From: Salpingoeca rosetta
Taxonomy: Eukaryota > Protista > Choanoflagellata
NCBI GenBank assembly: GCA_033442325.1
Contig: JAWQFM010000020.1
Span: 842,819-906,818 of the forward strand
Reading direction: 5' to 3'
Length of the DNA stretch: 64,000 nucleotides
The notes under the pieces are model-generated. The model worked only from the letters and a program-made list of their open reading frames with translations, had not been told where the DNA came from and searched no databases. This document shows, in pieces, positions 23,027-35,100 of the stretch; positions within the stretch are counted from its first letter, which is position 1; the number at the start of each line of letters is the position of its first letter. The position numbers and the translations under genes are program-made.

Positions 23027-23840
23027 AATCACATGGTGTGGGTGAGTGCGGGCTCGTGTGCAGTCGCATGAATGTGACCGCTTGTGAATGCAAGTGATCT
23101 GATGTTGCACAGGCACGTTCCGCATGTTCTCGTCACCATCAGGCCGCAATGCAACAGCGCACCTTGCTGTCTTTGCAATGCACAACAACATAATGGCTGA
23201 AGCTCAAGCGAAGAAAGGCTGCAGCGGTGTGGCAGAAGGTGAACAGGCTGGCCAAGCTGGGACACTTGCTGGAGATCGTGAGGCGGCAGACCTATCCACA
23301 TCGAGATTTGCAACGGGATGGGAGGTGGTGAGGCAGGGGGCGACTTGGTAGGCGCTTCTTTGCCTAGTCGAAGGCAAGGGAGAAAAGCGCTTGTCCAAGG
23401 CATGGCGAGGATGCATCGATGGGCGCAAGGGTGCAAAAGAGCGTGGTGGCACAGACTTGATTGTTGAAGAGAGCTGGATCGTAATGGCACTCGTTGGGAG
23501 CAAGGTTGAAGAGGAGGAAGTGGTCTTGACATCTTTGCTTGAGATGCTCTGCGAGCTCGGCCGCGTTGATGGCATGAGCGCGCTAGCAGCGAAGCAGCAG
23601 GAAGGAGGGCAAGAGAATCACAGAGCAGTGAGTGCACAGTGCATTCCAGATAAGCAAGTCCAATGTGCTGTAAGCGTCATGGACGAGTGGTAGCGTGGAC
23701 GAGTGGAAGCGTGGACGAGTGGTAGCGTGGACGAGTGGTAGCGTGGACGAGTGGTAGCGTGGACGAGTGGAAGCGTGGACGAGTGGTAGCGTGGACGAGT
23801 GGTAGCGTGGACGAGTGGTAGCGTGGACGAGTGGTAGCGG

Positions 23841-23911
<71 letters not shown>

Positions 23912-23995
23912 ACACCTTGACGCTTCTGTTGGCCCAGGGTTGTCCGCATGCTAGCAAGCTGTCTGTTATGTCCGTGATATCCAGCTCGTTGTCTG

Positions 23996-24066
<71 letters not shown>

Positions 24067-24284
24067 GTCATGGTGTGCGCGTCTGCTGCGATGTCGTGTG
24101 CAAGCAATGCATACAACCAACGCAACAGGCAAGCAAGCAGAGTCCGAAGTATGACAGGCTTCTTATTCGTCCTTCCCCGGTCCCTCTCGTGCACCGTCAC
24201 ATCAGCGATGTTGTCACCTTGCAGGGACGCAGATCGGCCGCCACCAAAAGGGTGTAGCACGTTGTTGAGCTTGACGGCACACAT
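15959..24284 (-). CDS. Formin with N-terminal PTEN-like phosphatase + C2 domains, UBA-like helix bundle, FH1 and FH2 (multi-exon; start approximate)
   Basis: PTEN-like segments [15 protein letters not shown] and [11 protein letters not shown]|[14 protein letters not shown]2-tensin type GNCLLVC...[11 protein letters not shown]. Poly-Pro FH1 at ~19370-19640. FH2 motifs [38 protein letters not shown] and KLKDIK. Stop at 15959. Confidence 0.85.
18105..18172. repeat. (GGAT)n microsatellite in a formin intron
   Basis: Seen directly. Confidence 0.9.
23681..23840. repeat. 16-bp minisatellite GGACGAGTGG(T/A)AGCGT x10 in a formin intron
   Basis: Ten head-to-tail units without spacers. Confidence 0.95.
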
Positions 24285-24380
24285 GTCACCTCCTCCTCAT
24301 CGTTGTCCTCTGACTTTGCTTGGCTTTGCTTGCTTGCTTGCTTGGTTTCCGTTATTCGCACAATTCCCGCGCCTTTTTCC

Positions 24381-24458
<78 letters not shown>

Positions 24459-24913
24459 GTGTGTGTGTTGTGTGTCCCTCTGTTTGTGTGTGTCTGTGTC
24501 TGTCCCATGCAAGTCCAAGTTCATGCTGTACTTGTGTGTTCACACCACAAAGGCAAGGCAAGTCACGCATCTCAAAGCCAGACAACAGGAAGCACATGCG
24601 CGTTGTGTTGGCAATGAATGGTGGTTGGTTATGAGTGTTGACAAGACAACAAACAAGTAAGGAACGTACATGACCGAGGCAAGAGAACGAAAAAAGACCC
24701 ATGCAAACGATCATGCGACAACATAACGTTGGTTGGTACGTGGGCGTTGTTGTTGTTGAGGTGCTGGTGGATCAGGGCGAGTTTGGGGAGGGGGGGAGAG
24801 ACTGATAGTTGCAAATCATGGTCATTGCAACATCATGACTTATTGCTCATCATGGTGGTTGCAGACAATGGCGATTGCACAAGCCACCCACCCACCGGCT
24901 CACTCCGTGAGCT

Positions 24914-27627
24914 TTACTCGAACTTGATACCCTGCGCAAGTGGGAGCTCGGTGCCGTAGTTCATGGTGATGGTGGAGCGGCGCATGTACTGCTTCCAGGC
25001 ATCGCTGCCAGACTCCCGGCCGCCGCCCGTCTCCTTCTCGCCGCCAAAGGCACCGCCAATCTCGGCGCCGTTGGTCGGGATGTTCACGTTGATGATGCCC
25101 GTGTCGGAGCCAAAGGGCCCAATCCACTTGAAGATCTTCGACGGGTCGCGGGTGAACACGCTGCTGGAGAGACCCTGGCTGACCGAGTTGTTGATGGCAA
25201 TGGCCTCCTCAAAGGACTTGCACTTGGTGATGTACAGGATCGGGGCGAAGGTCTCCGTCATGATGCAGCCGACGTCAGGGCGTGGGCACTCCACGAGCGT
25301 GGGCTCAACAAAGTTGCCGGGGAGGTCAGACAGCACGTTGCCGCCATGCAGGATGGTGCAGCCCTCGGCCTTTGCTTGCTCAATCATCTGAGGAGGGGGG
25401 GGGGGAAGAGTGGGTGAGAGGTTGGAGGGGGAGGGAAGAAGAATAGTGAGGGACGAAGAGTAGTGAGTGAACAGTGCGTGAACAGTACGGGCAGAAGAAC
25501 CAAGCACGAGATTGGGTGCAATCAAGGGAGCGAAGGGTGAATGTGCATGTGTGTGTGTATGCCATGACACACACATGTAGTATATACGCACACACACATG
25601 CACACACACACATACACACACATACATACACACACATACATACACACAATACGCACACACATGCATACACTCACACACACGCACACACAAAGGACTGACC
25701 TTTGTGTAGTTCTCGACGGCCTGCTTGGTGTGGAGGGGACCGCAGAGGGTGCCGTCCTGGAGCGGGTGGCCAATGCGCACAGAGGCATACGCCTTCTTCA
25801 GGCGCTCAACAACCTCGTCATACACATCCTCGTGCAGCACCTGCACACACAAAAAAGGAGGAAAAAAACATGGTCAAGAGGAGGGGTGGGAGATGTGTGA
25901 GCAGATGAGCGGATGGGGGCGTTGTGACAAAAAAGGAGTGGGTGGCGGCGATAAAGCGAAAGAAGGGAGACACCATGGAATGGACCAAGGCGACAGTGCG
26001 GAAGCACAGGCCAGAAACCGCAACACGTGGCGCCACGCGCAATCAGTAGCAACACGAAGATACGGCACGACACGCAGGGCCACGGCAAGCGAGCATGAGG
26101 AGACTGACCAGGCGGCGGCAGGTGGTGCAGCGCTGGCCGGCGGTACCGACAGAGGCGAAGAGGACGGAGCGGACAACCATCTCGAGATCGGCGTCATCCA
26201 TGACGACAATGGCGTTGTTGCCGCCGAGCTCGAGCAGGGAGCGGCCAAAGCGGGACTGGACGGTGACGCCAACCTCGCGGCCGACCTTGGTGCTGCCCGT
26301 GAAGGAGAGGAGGTCCACGCGGCGGTCGGCGCACAGGGTGTGGCCAACATCCGCGCCGCCGCACACCATGGAGATGATGGCCGGGTTGATGTTGTTGCGC
26401 TCAAGCACCTCGGCCATGACCTTGGTGAGGGCAATGCTGGTGAGTGGGGTGGTTGGGGAGCCCTTCCAGACGTGCGTGTTGCCCGCAACGAGGGAGAGGG
26501 CAAGGTTCCAGCCGGCGACGGCGACAGGGAAGTTGAAGGCGGTGATCATGCCAACGAGACCGCGCGGGTTCCACTGCTCCATGAGCATATGGTCAGGGCC
26601 TGGCGGAAAAGAAGAAGAAACGTTGGCAGAGGAGAGGAATGGAGGAGTGGGTGGGTGGGTTAGGGTGAGGTAAAAATCGTGTGAGCTTTGAAGGAAAAGG
26701 AAAAAAAAGAAAGAAAAAAAAAGATGATACACCACAACACGGACAGCGATAACACGCAAAGCGGCAACACGTATGCACGCATGTGCGCACACACACGCAC
26801 ATGATGCACACGCTGCATACACATACACACACGCGCGCACAGACTTGACTTTATGTTAGTCTACTTACGCTCGGAGGGGAGGATGCTGCCGTTGATGGAG
26901 CGGCTGAGGCCGAGAGCGTAGTCGCAAATGTCGACAAACTCCTGCACCTCGCCACGGGCCTCGGGCAGGATCTTGCCGTTCTCAAGCGTCAGCTATCAAC
27001 AACAAGATGGGTAGAGCGGAAACACACGGAGGAGAAAAGCGGGTTCGTGTGAGCAGTGGCACGTAGCAGTAACTGCAGTAACTGCAGCAGCAGCAGCAGC
27101 AGTAGCAGCAGAACTTTGCCGTTGCCGTTGCTGTTGCCGTTCAAGACCATGACAAGGCGACACATGTCCAGCTAGTAACGCCAAGGCAATTGCATATTGC
27201 ATATTATGCACGAAAAACAAAGCAATCACACGTTTGAACTGACCACTTGGGAGAGGGACTCGAGGTTCTCGCGGAGGGCGTCGCCAATCTGACGGACAAT
27301 GTCGCCGCGGGCGGGCATGGTGAGCTTTGCCCACTCGGGCCAGGCCTCCTTTGCGGCGGCAATGGCCTCTTCCATCTGCTCGGGGGTGCCGTAGGAGACG
27401 CTGGCAATGCCGTTGTTGGTGCCTGGGTCCAGGGAGGTGTACTCCTGGCCCTTGCCCTGCTGCCACTTGCCAGTGAACACGCCCTGGTTGACGTCCTTTG
27501 CCGTGAGGCCGGCGTTGGCCAGGATGCCCTCAACGTCAATCTGCGGGGTCTGCGACGACATAGCGCGTGCGCCAAGAGCACGGCCAGCCTGGGATGCCGC
27601 GCGGGTTGCCTTCATGAGAGACGCCAT
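24914..27627 (-). CDS. ALDH7A1: Aldehyde dehydrogenase family 7 (antiquitin / alpha-aminoadipate semialdehyde dehydrogenase), 5 exons
   Basis: Motifs [29 protein letters not shown], catalytic [48 protein letters not shown], and C-terminal [10 protein letters not shown]. Confidence 0.97.
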
Positions 27628-28257
27628 CGTTGCTGTCGGGTCGGGTTCGGGTGGTGCTGTTTCCGTGTCAACAGGAGAAAAGCAAATGAAGAGGTAGAGG
27701 GAGAAGAGAGAGAGGTAGAGGTAGAGAGGGGGGGGGGGTAGAAAGAGGTGGACAGACGGCGTTAAATAAGTGAAAAATGAACAAGCGTGAGACAAAGCGA
27801 CAAGTGAAGCAAGCAAGCAACAGATGAACCATAAGGACACGCAACACATACACACGCACACACACCAGGCAGCCACGTTGCAGCACACGCTCCAGCATAT
27901 CCAACACACCACGCAGCCACACGCACACGCGCTCCAACACACGCCAACACACGCACCTTCTCGTTTTCTTCGTTTGCAGCGGCGTGGCTTGCTGTGTGTG
28001 TGGTAAATGGCGAACGCAAATCCAGGAGAACAAAAGCGGTGTCGCAATGAGGAAAACTTCTGGAAGATTTTCAGCAATCGCCCAGAACGGAGTTGGCGAT
28101 GACGAGGAGGAAAAGGACGAGGAAGAAGAAGAGGCAGCAGCGCGGCGTACACAAGAGCAGCGTGGGTTGGAGATGGCAGCAGGAGGCGAGACGAAGCCAA
28201 ACAGATGATGATGGGGGAGGTGATGATGGTGGGGGAGAAGGGACAGGGAGAGGAGCG

Positions 28258-28816
28258 ATGTTGCCAGTGGGTAAGGTTTACAGCTCCATGCCATCACACA
28301 GACAACGACATCAACGACAGCCTGTGCCCTCAGCGGCGTTGCTGAGGTCAACAACGGCACAGCATGGCCAAGGGCACAGGGATCAACCACAAGAGCTTCA
28401 AAACCAGCAGTATCGTCGACAGGGATGGCAGCAGCAGCAGTGCCGGTCAGGAGAGATGCGACAATCTGCAGCTTCCAGAAGACACACACAATCATGGGAA
28501 GAGGCGGATGCCGTGTTTGAGCTGGCGCTCGTGTTTGGCGATGCGGCTCAGCTGCAGGCGTGCTTGGACGCAGGCTGTGATCCAGATTGCCGGTTTGATC
28601 GCCCCTACTACGAGACTCCGCTAGGCCTCGTTGTGGCTGCAGCGCAGGATCCGTCAAGCTACCTCCAGTTCCTCAACATTGACCGTCATCGCCACGTGTA
28701 CCAACAAGGCATGGGGGTATCGGACTCGCAGCAGATGGGAATGAGGAACCTTGCACCAACGGAAGCAGTGGATTCAATGACTGCAATGACAGCAGAAAGG
28801 ACAACAACAACAACAT

Positions 28817-28851
<35 letters not shown>

Positions 28852-29856
28852 GTAACAGCGGCGGTCACAGCAGCAACACCAACACCAACAGTAACAGCAA
28901 CAGCAACAGCATCAGCAACAGGGAGGGTGAGGCCATGCACAAGGACAACCAAGTCGTCGCAAGCACCGACACCATCAGCCACACAACGTGGAATGCCAAG
29001 CCAAGATGACCCAGCACCGAGGCGCCAGCACCTGGAATGCATCCGGCTGCTGCTTGCGCGTGGTGCCAAGGTAGACGCCACGTTCACCTCTGTTAACGGC
29101 ACCATCACATGCTTGCATGAGGCCATCCTGCAAGACAATGCAGATGCTGCGGCGCTGCTGGTGGATGCAGGCGCCACGCGCATGGTCATGCCAGGTTACA
29201 GTGCACTTGAGCTTGCTGTCACCAAGGGCGCCACCTCGTGCGAGGAGCTGCTCTTGAAGGACCTGTGCTCGCACCCTCTGCTGCACTTTGATGCGGCTGC
29301 ACGTGCCTACGTGGCATCCCTGCAGCGCGTGCTACGCCACTATGTCGTGGAGACGGAAGATGCTGTCTCCGCATACCGGCTGCTTCGCGCCAATGTCCCT
29401 GTGCCCGCTGCGCCCGCTGCGCCAAGCATGGCCGGAACAACAACGGCAACAAGGACGAGGGCAAGCACGGCGCCGCCTTCGCGCACGGATTCACAGCATG
29501 CTTTTGGAGATGCACTGCACCGCGGGCATGCTGCCGTGTTTTGCAACCTCTTTGCCAGCTTCGGTTACTTGTGCAGGCACGGCGGTGTGAGGCGGGAACA
29601 GCGCGGGCTGCGAAGCGGCTCTTTTCTCGCAGCGCCAGCCACCTCCACTTTTGCGACAGTGCGCACGCCATCACTGCGGCCCGTGCCAAGCTTGTTCTCC
29701 ATGGCGTACGCAGCAGCGCTACACACAGACCAATTGAAGCTGTTATCAGACGACCACCGTGACTCGCTCCATGCTTCCCTCTACTCTGCGGCGTTTCGCT
29801 CCCTCGCTCTTGCCATGCAGACTAACCTCGACACCAAGCGACGTTATGATGCGTGA
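28258..29856 (+). CDS. Intronless ankyrin-repeat protein with possible C-terminal SOCS/BC box (ASB-like); start uncertain
   Basis: ETPLGLVV...HLECIRLLLARGAKVD, TCLHEAILQDNADAAALLVDAGA and SALELAVTKG are ankyrin-like. C-terminal RPVPSLFSMAYAAAL resembles a BC box. Confidence 0.7.
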
Positions 29857-29865
29857 TCGTGTGTG

Positions 29866-30070
29866 GTGTTGTGTTGTGTTGTGTGATCATTTTATGTGTG
29901 TGGTGTTGTGTGTGGTGTTGTGTTGTGTTGTGTGTGTTGTGTTGTGTGTTGTGTTGTGTTGTGTTGTGCTGTGTTGTGTGTGTTGTGTTGTGTTGTGTTG
30001 TGTTGTGTTGTGTTGTGTTGTGTTGTGTTGTGTTGTGTTGTGTTGTGTTGTGTTGTGTGTGGTGTTGTGT
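29866..30070. repeat. (TGTTG)n microsatellite immediately after the ankyrin gene stop
   Basis: Seen directly. Confidence 0.9.
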
Positions 30071-30733
30071 CGTCGCACTCCACAACAACAAACTGCGATT
30101 CGATGCCAATTTAATAAACGAATTTGGGCGACCCAAACTTTTTCTTTCTGCAACCAACCACACAGAACCCGCCAACGACCACAACGAGGCACCGATTAGA
30201 GATTTGTCAGGCAAGCAACAACAACAAGGCTCAAGGCACACACTGCCTTGAGGGATCGTCCGTGCCCGAGTTTGTCAGGTGCGTTGTCATACGCCACGTA
30301 TTGATGGTGCGAACCGTGGCGAAAACCTTTGTGATGACGACACCCAGCCACCACCAACCATCACACACCCCACACGCAAGGCACCACCAGTGCAGCACGA
30401 AACCAAACCGCCGCCGGGTTGTGTGTGTTCGCTTGCTGCTTGGGTGGCTGGTTGAGTGTGTTCATCGGTGGTCAGCCATCGCACACACGCACGCACGTTG
30501 GTTGCTTGGCTCGGATTGAAGGAGCCTTTGTTTGAGGCCGTGGTTTGATCGTTGGTTTTTTTTTCGTTGCCACAGCCACTTCCATCTCGTCCCCCCCCCA
30601 CAACCACAACCACACAGACAACAACCACACAGACACACACACGCACACACCAGCCACAAGCCACCTGTTGCTTCTTCTTGGTCGCGCTCTTCATTATCAT
30701 TTCACAGCCACAGCAAGCAAACACCCACAACCA

Positions 30734-30785
<52 letters not shown>

Positions 30786-30993
30786 CACGCACACACACAC
30801 CCGAGCGTCAAGAGCGAGCACTGCACCCATCATCATTTCTCACTTTCCCAAACCGTTGGTTGCCTGGGCTCTCCCAACGACAACCACCACTGCGTACCAC
30901 CACCAACACACGTCTCTGTGATCCATTGCGCCTCCCTCACCGGTCTTCTCCCATCACCCTCACACCGCGCTCGCATTCGCCGACGCAAACGCC

Positions 30994-32077
30994 ATGGCGA
31001 CCCACGTTCCACCAAACGTGTCGCCTGCACACGACTCCAACGTGCATCATGCTGCGAATACTGTGTCGTCGTCATCTCACGACCGTCACAGGCAGCACAA
31101 GCACCACCACCACCACCACCACCACCACCAACAGCACCAGCACCAAGAGCACAGCACACACGAGACCCAAGAGGGCAATTCCATCAAGCTCAAGCTCAAG
31201 GACCCGCCCAAGGACCGGCGGGAACAGCGCCGAAAGCTAAAGGCCGCCACTGCAAGCAAGGACAAGAGCGAGCCAACACCAGCAGCAGCGGCCAAGGCTG
31301 AACAGCCGTGTCCAAGTTGCAGCGACGACCCCGCATCACAAGACCAACAGCCACCGCAACCGCAACCACAACAGCAACAGCAAGAGCAACAGCAGGCAAA
31401 CGGTCGCACAGGCCATTTGTCACCACGCCACGCTCGACAGCGGCGACGCCGATCACCGTCCTCTGCTGTCTCTCCACCAGCGACAGCAAAGGCCGAGCAG
31501 ACGTGGGACAGGCGGTTTATCAGTAGCCCCTTCCGCAACCCGTCGCCGCTGAAGCGACAGCCGCGCAGCAGGCCGGAGGAACGCGCCCGCTGGTCGTCGA
31601 ATGCACCCAGCACTGTCGACTCAGAACAAGCCACAGCATCCAACAACCACAACAACAACAGCAGCAAACAGCAGCAGCCGCGCTCGCCACTTCACGAGGA
31701 CGCGCACGTGAGCGACGCAGCGGAGACATCACGCCCGACAACAGCCAACTCGCAAGCGTCGCAGGTGATCCGGGTCATCAGTGCGTCGAGCGCAGACACA
31801 ACCGACTCTGCACCCGACACACGCACCGAGGCGCGCAGACACGAGCAGCGGCAGAAGCAGCGCAACAGCATGAACGCACAGCTGGGCCAGGCGGCCGGCG
31901 AGGTCATGTCAGCCCTCACCGTCATGCCAACACGGGACCTCACGCAGGAGCAACTGGTGAGGGGCGAGTGAGGAGTTTGAGGGGCGAATGAGGAGTTTGT
32001 TGGGGGAGGAGTCGAAGAAGCGAGCGAGTGTGTGTGTGTGTGTGTGGGTGTGTTTGAGTGTGTGAGTGAGTGAGTGT

Positions 32078-32140
<63 letters not shown>

Positions 32141-35100
32141 TGTGTGTGTGTGAGTGTGTGTGTGAGTGTGTGTGTGTGGGTGTGTGGGTGGGTGTTTGAG
32201 TAAGTGCGTCTGAGAGAGTCTGTGTGCTGCATGCAGTTGACAGCTGCTTGGGTTGATTCACACGCCAATGCCGTCTAAATTGCGTGTGTGCCGTGCCAGG
32301 GCCTGGTGGAAGACGTGCGGCGCTTCTTCAACCGCGTCACCGTCATGATCTCCGCCGGCGCCTCCCTCAAGCGGGTACGCATCTGTTGGTGATCGCAATG
32401 GCACAGGCATTGGGACTGCGTGCCCACGGAGTTGGGTGTGCTCTGCCTGTGGTTGTTTTCCTGTGGTTTGGAGTCTCTGTGTTGATGACAGTAATTGTTG
32501 CTGTAGTTGTTCTTGATGCTCATCCTCTCTCACCCGTTCTTGCATCCACCACATCCACCACATTCATCACCTGCAACACCTCCAACGCCTCCATTAACTC
32601 CAATCTTCAACAGCTGCAGCAGGAGCTGACGTTGACATCCCAGCCCATCCTCGCCGCAGCGAAAGGTGAGACGCATCGAGAGTCATGCATGGCGCGGTGC
32701 TGGTTGCTAGGCCGCAACAGATACCCATCCCCATGTCACATCTCTCCCCATATCGCAACCCTCTTTCCCCTCCCCCCCCCCAAAAAAAAGTCAGCTCACA
32801 TCACATTCCTGCTGACGCAACTACTCTGCGTTGTTTGGTGGTGTTGTTTAATCCACCAACATCTTGCCTCTTCCATCTCCATCCCTCACCCCCTTGTTCA
32901 ACGCATCACAACGCTCCAACAACCATCACCACCACCATCACCACCAGTGCCGTACTTTGACGAGGTGGCGGCCAAGTTTGATGCCCTCTGTGACCTCGCC
33001 GGCGTCTCCATCTCCTCTCGCACGCGCACAAACCCGTACGTCACCCCGCGCTCTGTGTATGTGTGTGCATGTGTGTGTGCATGTGATTTTGCTGTTGTTG
33101 CGCTTCTCCACACCACGACTGTGTAGTCATGGGACAACCTGTCGAGCGTTGAGTTGACACGCACACATGGGCACATGTTTGCACCACCCACCCACTCACA
33201 TACACACTCACACACACACACACACATAAACACACATGCGCGCATAACCAGGGCGTCGCCGCACAAGGCAGATGAGGGAGAGAAGGGAAGCTCGAGCGTC
33301 CCTGCATCGCCCAGCGAAGGTGCGACATGCACATCTCGTTGTTTTCGCTTGCCTGCATATTCTTCCTTCAACGTTCAAACTGTTTAAACTGTTCAAGCTG
33401 TTTTGTCGCGCACATTCGCCTCAAAATCTGCTTTCTTCACCTCTACCTCCGCCTCACACTCTTACACGCACATTCGCACACACACACATTCACACACACA
33501 CATTCGCACACATTCACACACACACACACACATTCGCACACATTCGCACACATACACACACACATTCGCACACACACACACATTCACACACATACACACA
33601 CATTCACACACACACACAAACACACACAAACACACATACAAATTACACACAGCTCGGGCGGCGGCGATTGAGGCGGCAAAGGAGGACAAGGCGCACTTTC
33701 TGCTTCGACGCATCATGCAGCGGAAGCTCGCCAACAGGGGCGACAGCAAGGGCGCAGGCAACAAATCAGGAACATCACCCGTCAAGCCGTCAAACCTCCG
33801 CCAGTCGTTCTCCACGGAAACGATCAAGCGCACGGAGCACGCGGCTGGTGGCGACGCTGCAGACAACCACGGTGACGGGGATGGTGCCGATGGCGATGAT
33901 GGTGATGGGCACCGCCACCACGGCACAGAGGCCCGCTCACCACGCCGTGACAAGCAGCAGCAGCAGAAGCAGAAACAGGAGAAGCAGGAGAAGCAGAAGA
34001 CAGCACAGCGAGAAGAGGACACGGAGCACAGGCATGATCACCATCGCCATCACAAGCATCACCACAGCGACCACGAGCAGGAGCGAAAGCACAAGCACAA
34101 GCACAAGCACCGCAGCCGCAGCCCCACATCAGGCAAGAAGAAGGCCAACAAGAGAGACACCAATAGCGGTGCTGCTGATGGTGGCGACGGAGGTGAGGGC
34201 GAGCCGCAGGTTGTCCGCTTGACTGCAGCGGCCCTGGCAGCAAACCAGGACATGGTGGACGACTACTGCCCCATTGGCCGCATGTACAAGACCATGATTG
34301 ACCAGGAGGATCAAGACGAAGAGACTGCTGACAAGGGCGAAGGCCACCAGCACAAGCACAAACAGCACACGCAGCAACAGAAACAGCAGCAACAACAGAA
34401 CGGCACACACAGTGGCCAGCACGGCAACGGGGAGTATCTTCGGGACGGTGACTCTGCGCACCACGAGCGGTTGAGCCAGGAGGAGCTGATTGCCGCTGCG
34501 GTGGGCATGACGAAGAGTAGTGGCAGCAGTCGCGGCCGCCACAGCCGCCTCCGCCACAACAGCCAGTCGCTTGACCCGGGCGAAACCAATCTCGAGCTCA
34601 CTGTCGGTGTCAACCAACAACCACAGCAGCAACAGCAGCAGCAGCAGCATGGTGATGGGAGCGCTCATGTTGCACATGACACCAGCAACCGCCGCCTGTC
34701 TGTTGACTCCACGGTGCAAGCTGCCTCGTCCCTTGTTGAGGGCGGCACGTATCTCGTGGACGGCTTGCTTGCATGCAAACTCGTGTTCATTGGGCCACTG
34801 GACAAGGTTGCTGGTGCTTGTGGCGATGGCAACGCCAACGATGATGGCAATGGCGCTGACAATGATGATGACGATGGTGGCTTCCTGCATCCACCAGGCA
34901 TCCTGTCGAGCCGCACATGGTGTGGCGTCATCTATCACCACAAGCGCCATGGCAGCTGTGACGGCACCATCAACGGCTACCGGTACTTTGTGTGCGACCC
35001 CGGGTATGGTGATTTTGTCCACCCGAGCCGCCTCAAGACCGTAACACAGCCAAAAGAAGGGTTTATGGAGCAGGCCAATGCGTCCACCTCCGACTCTGCC

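Noticed and set aside
23681-23840. Possible CRISPR array
   Set aside because: There are no unique spacers and no cas genes, and it sits in a eukaryotic intron.
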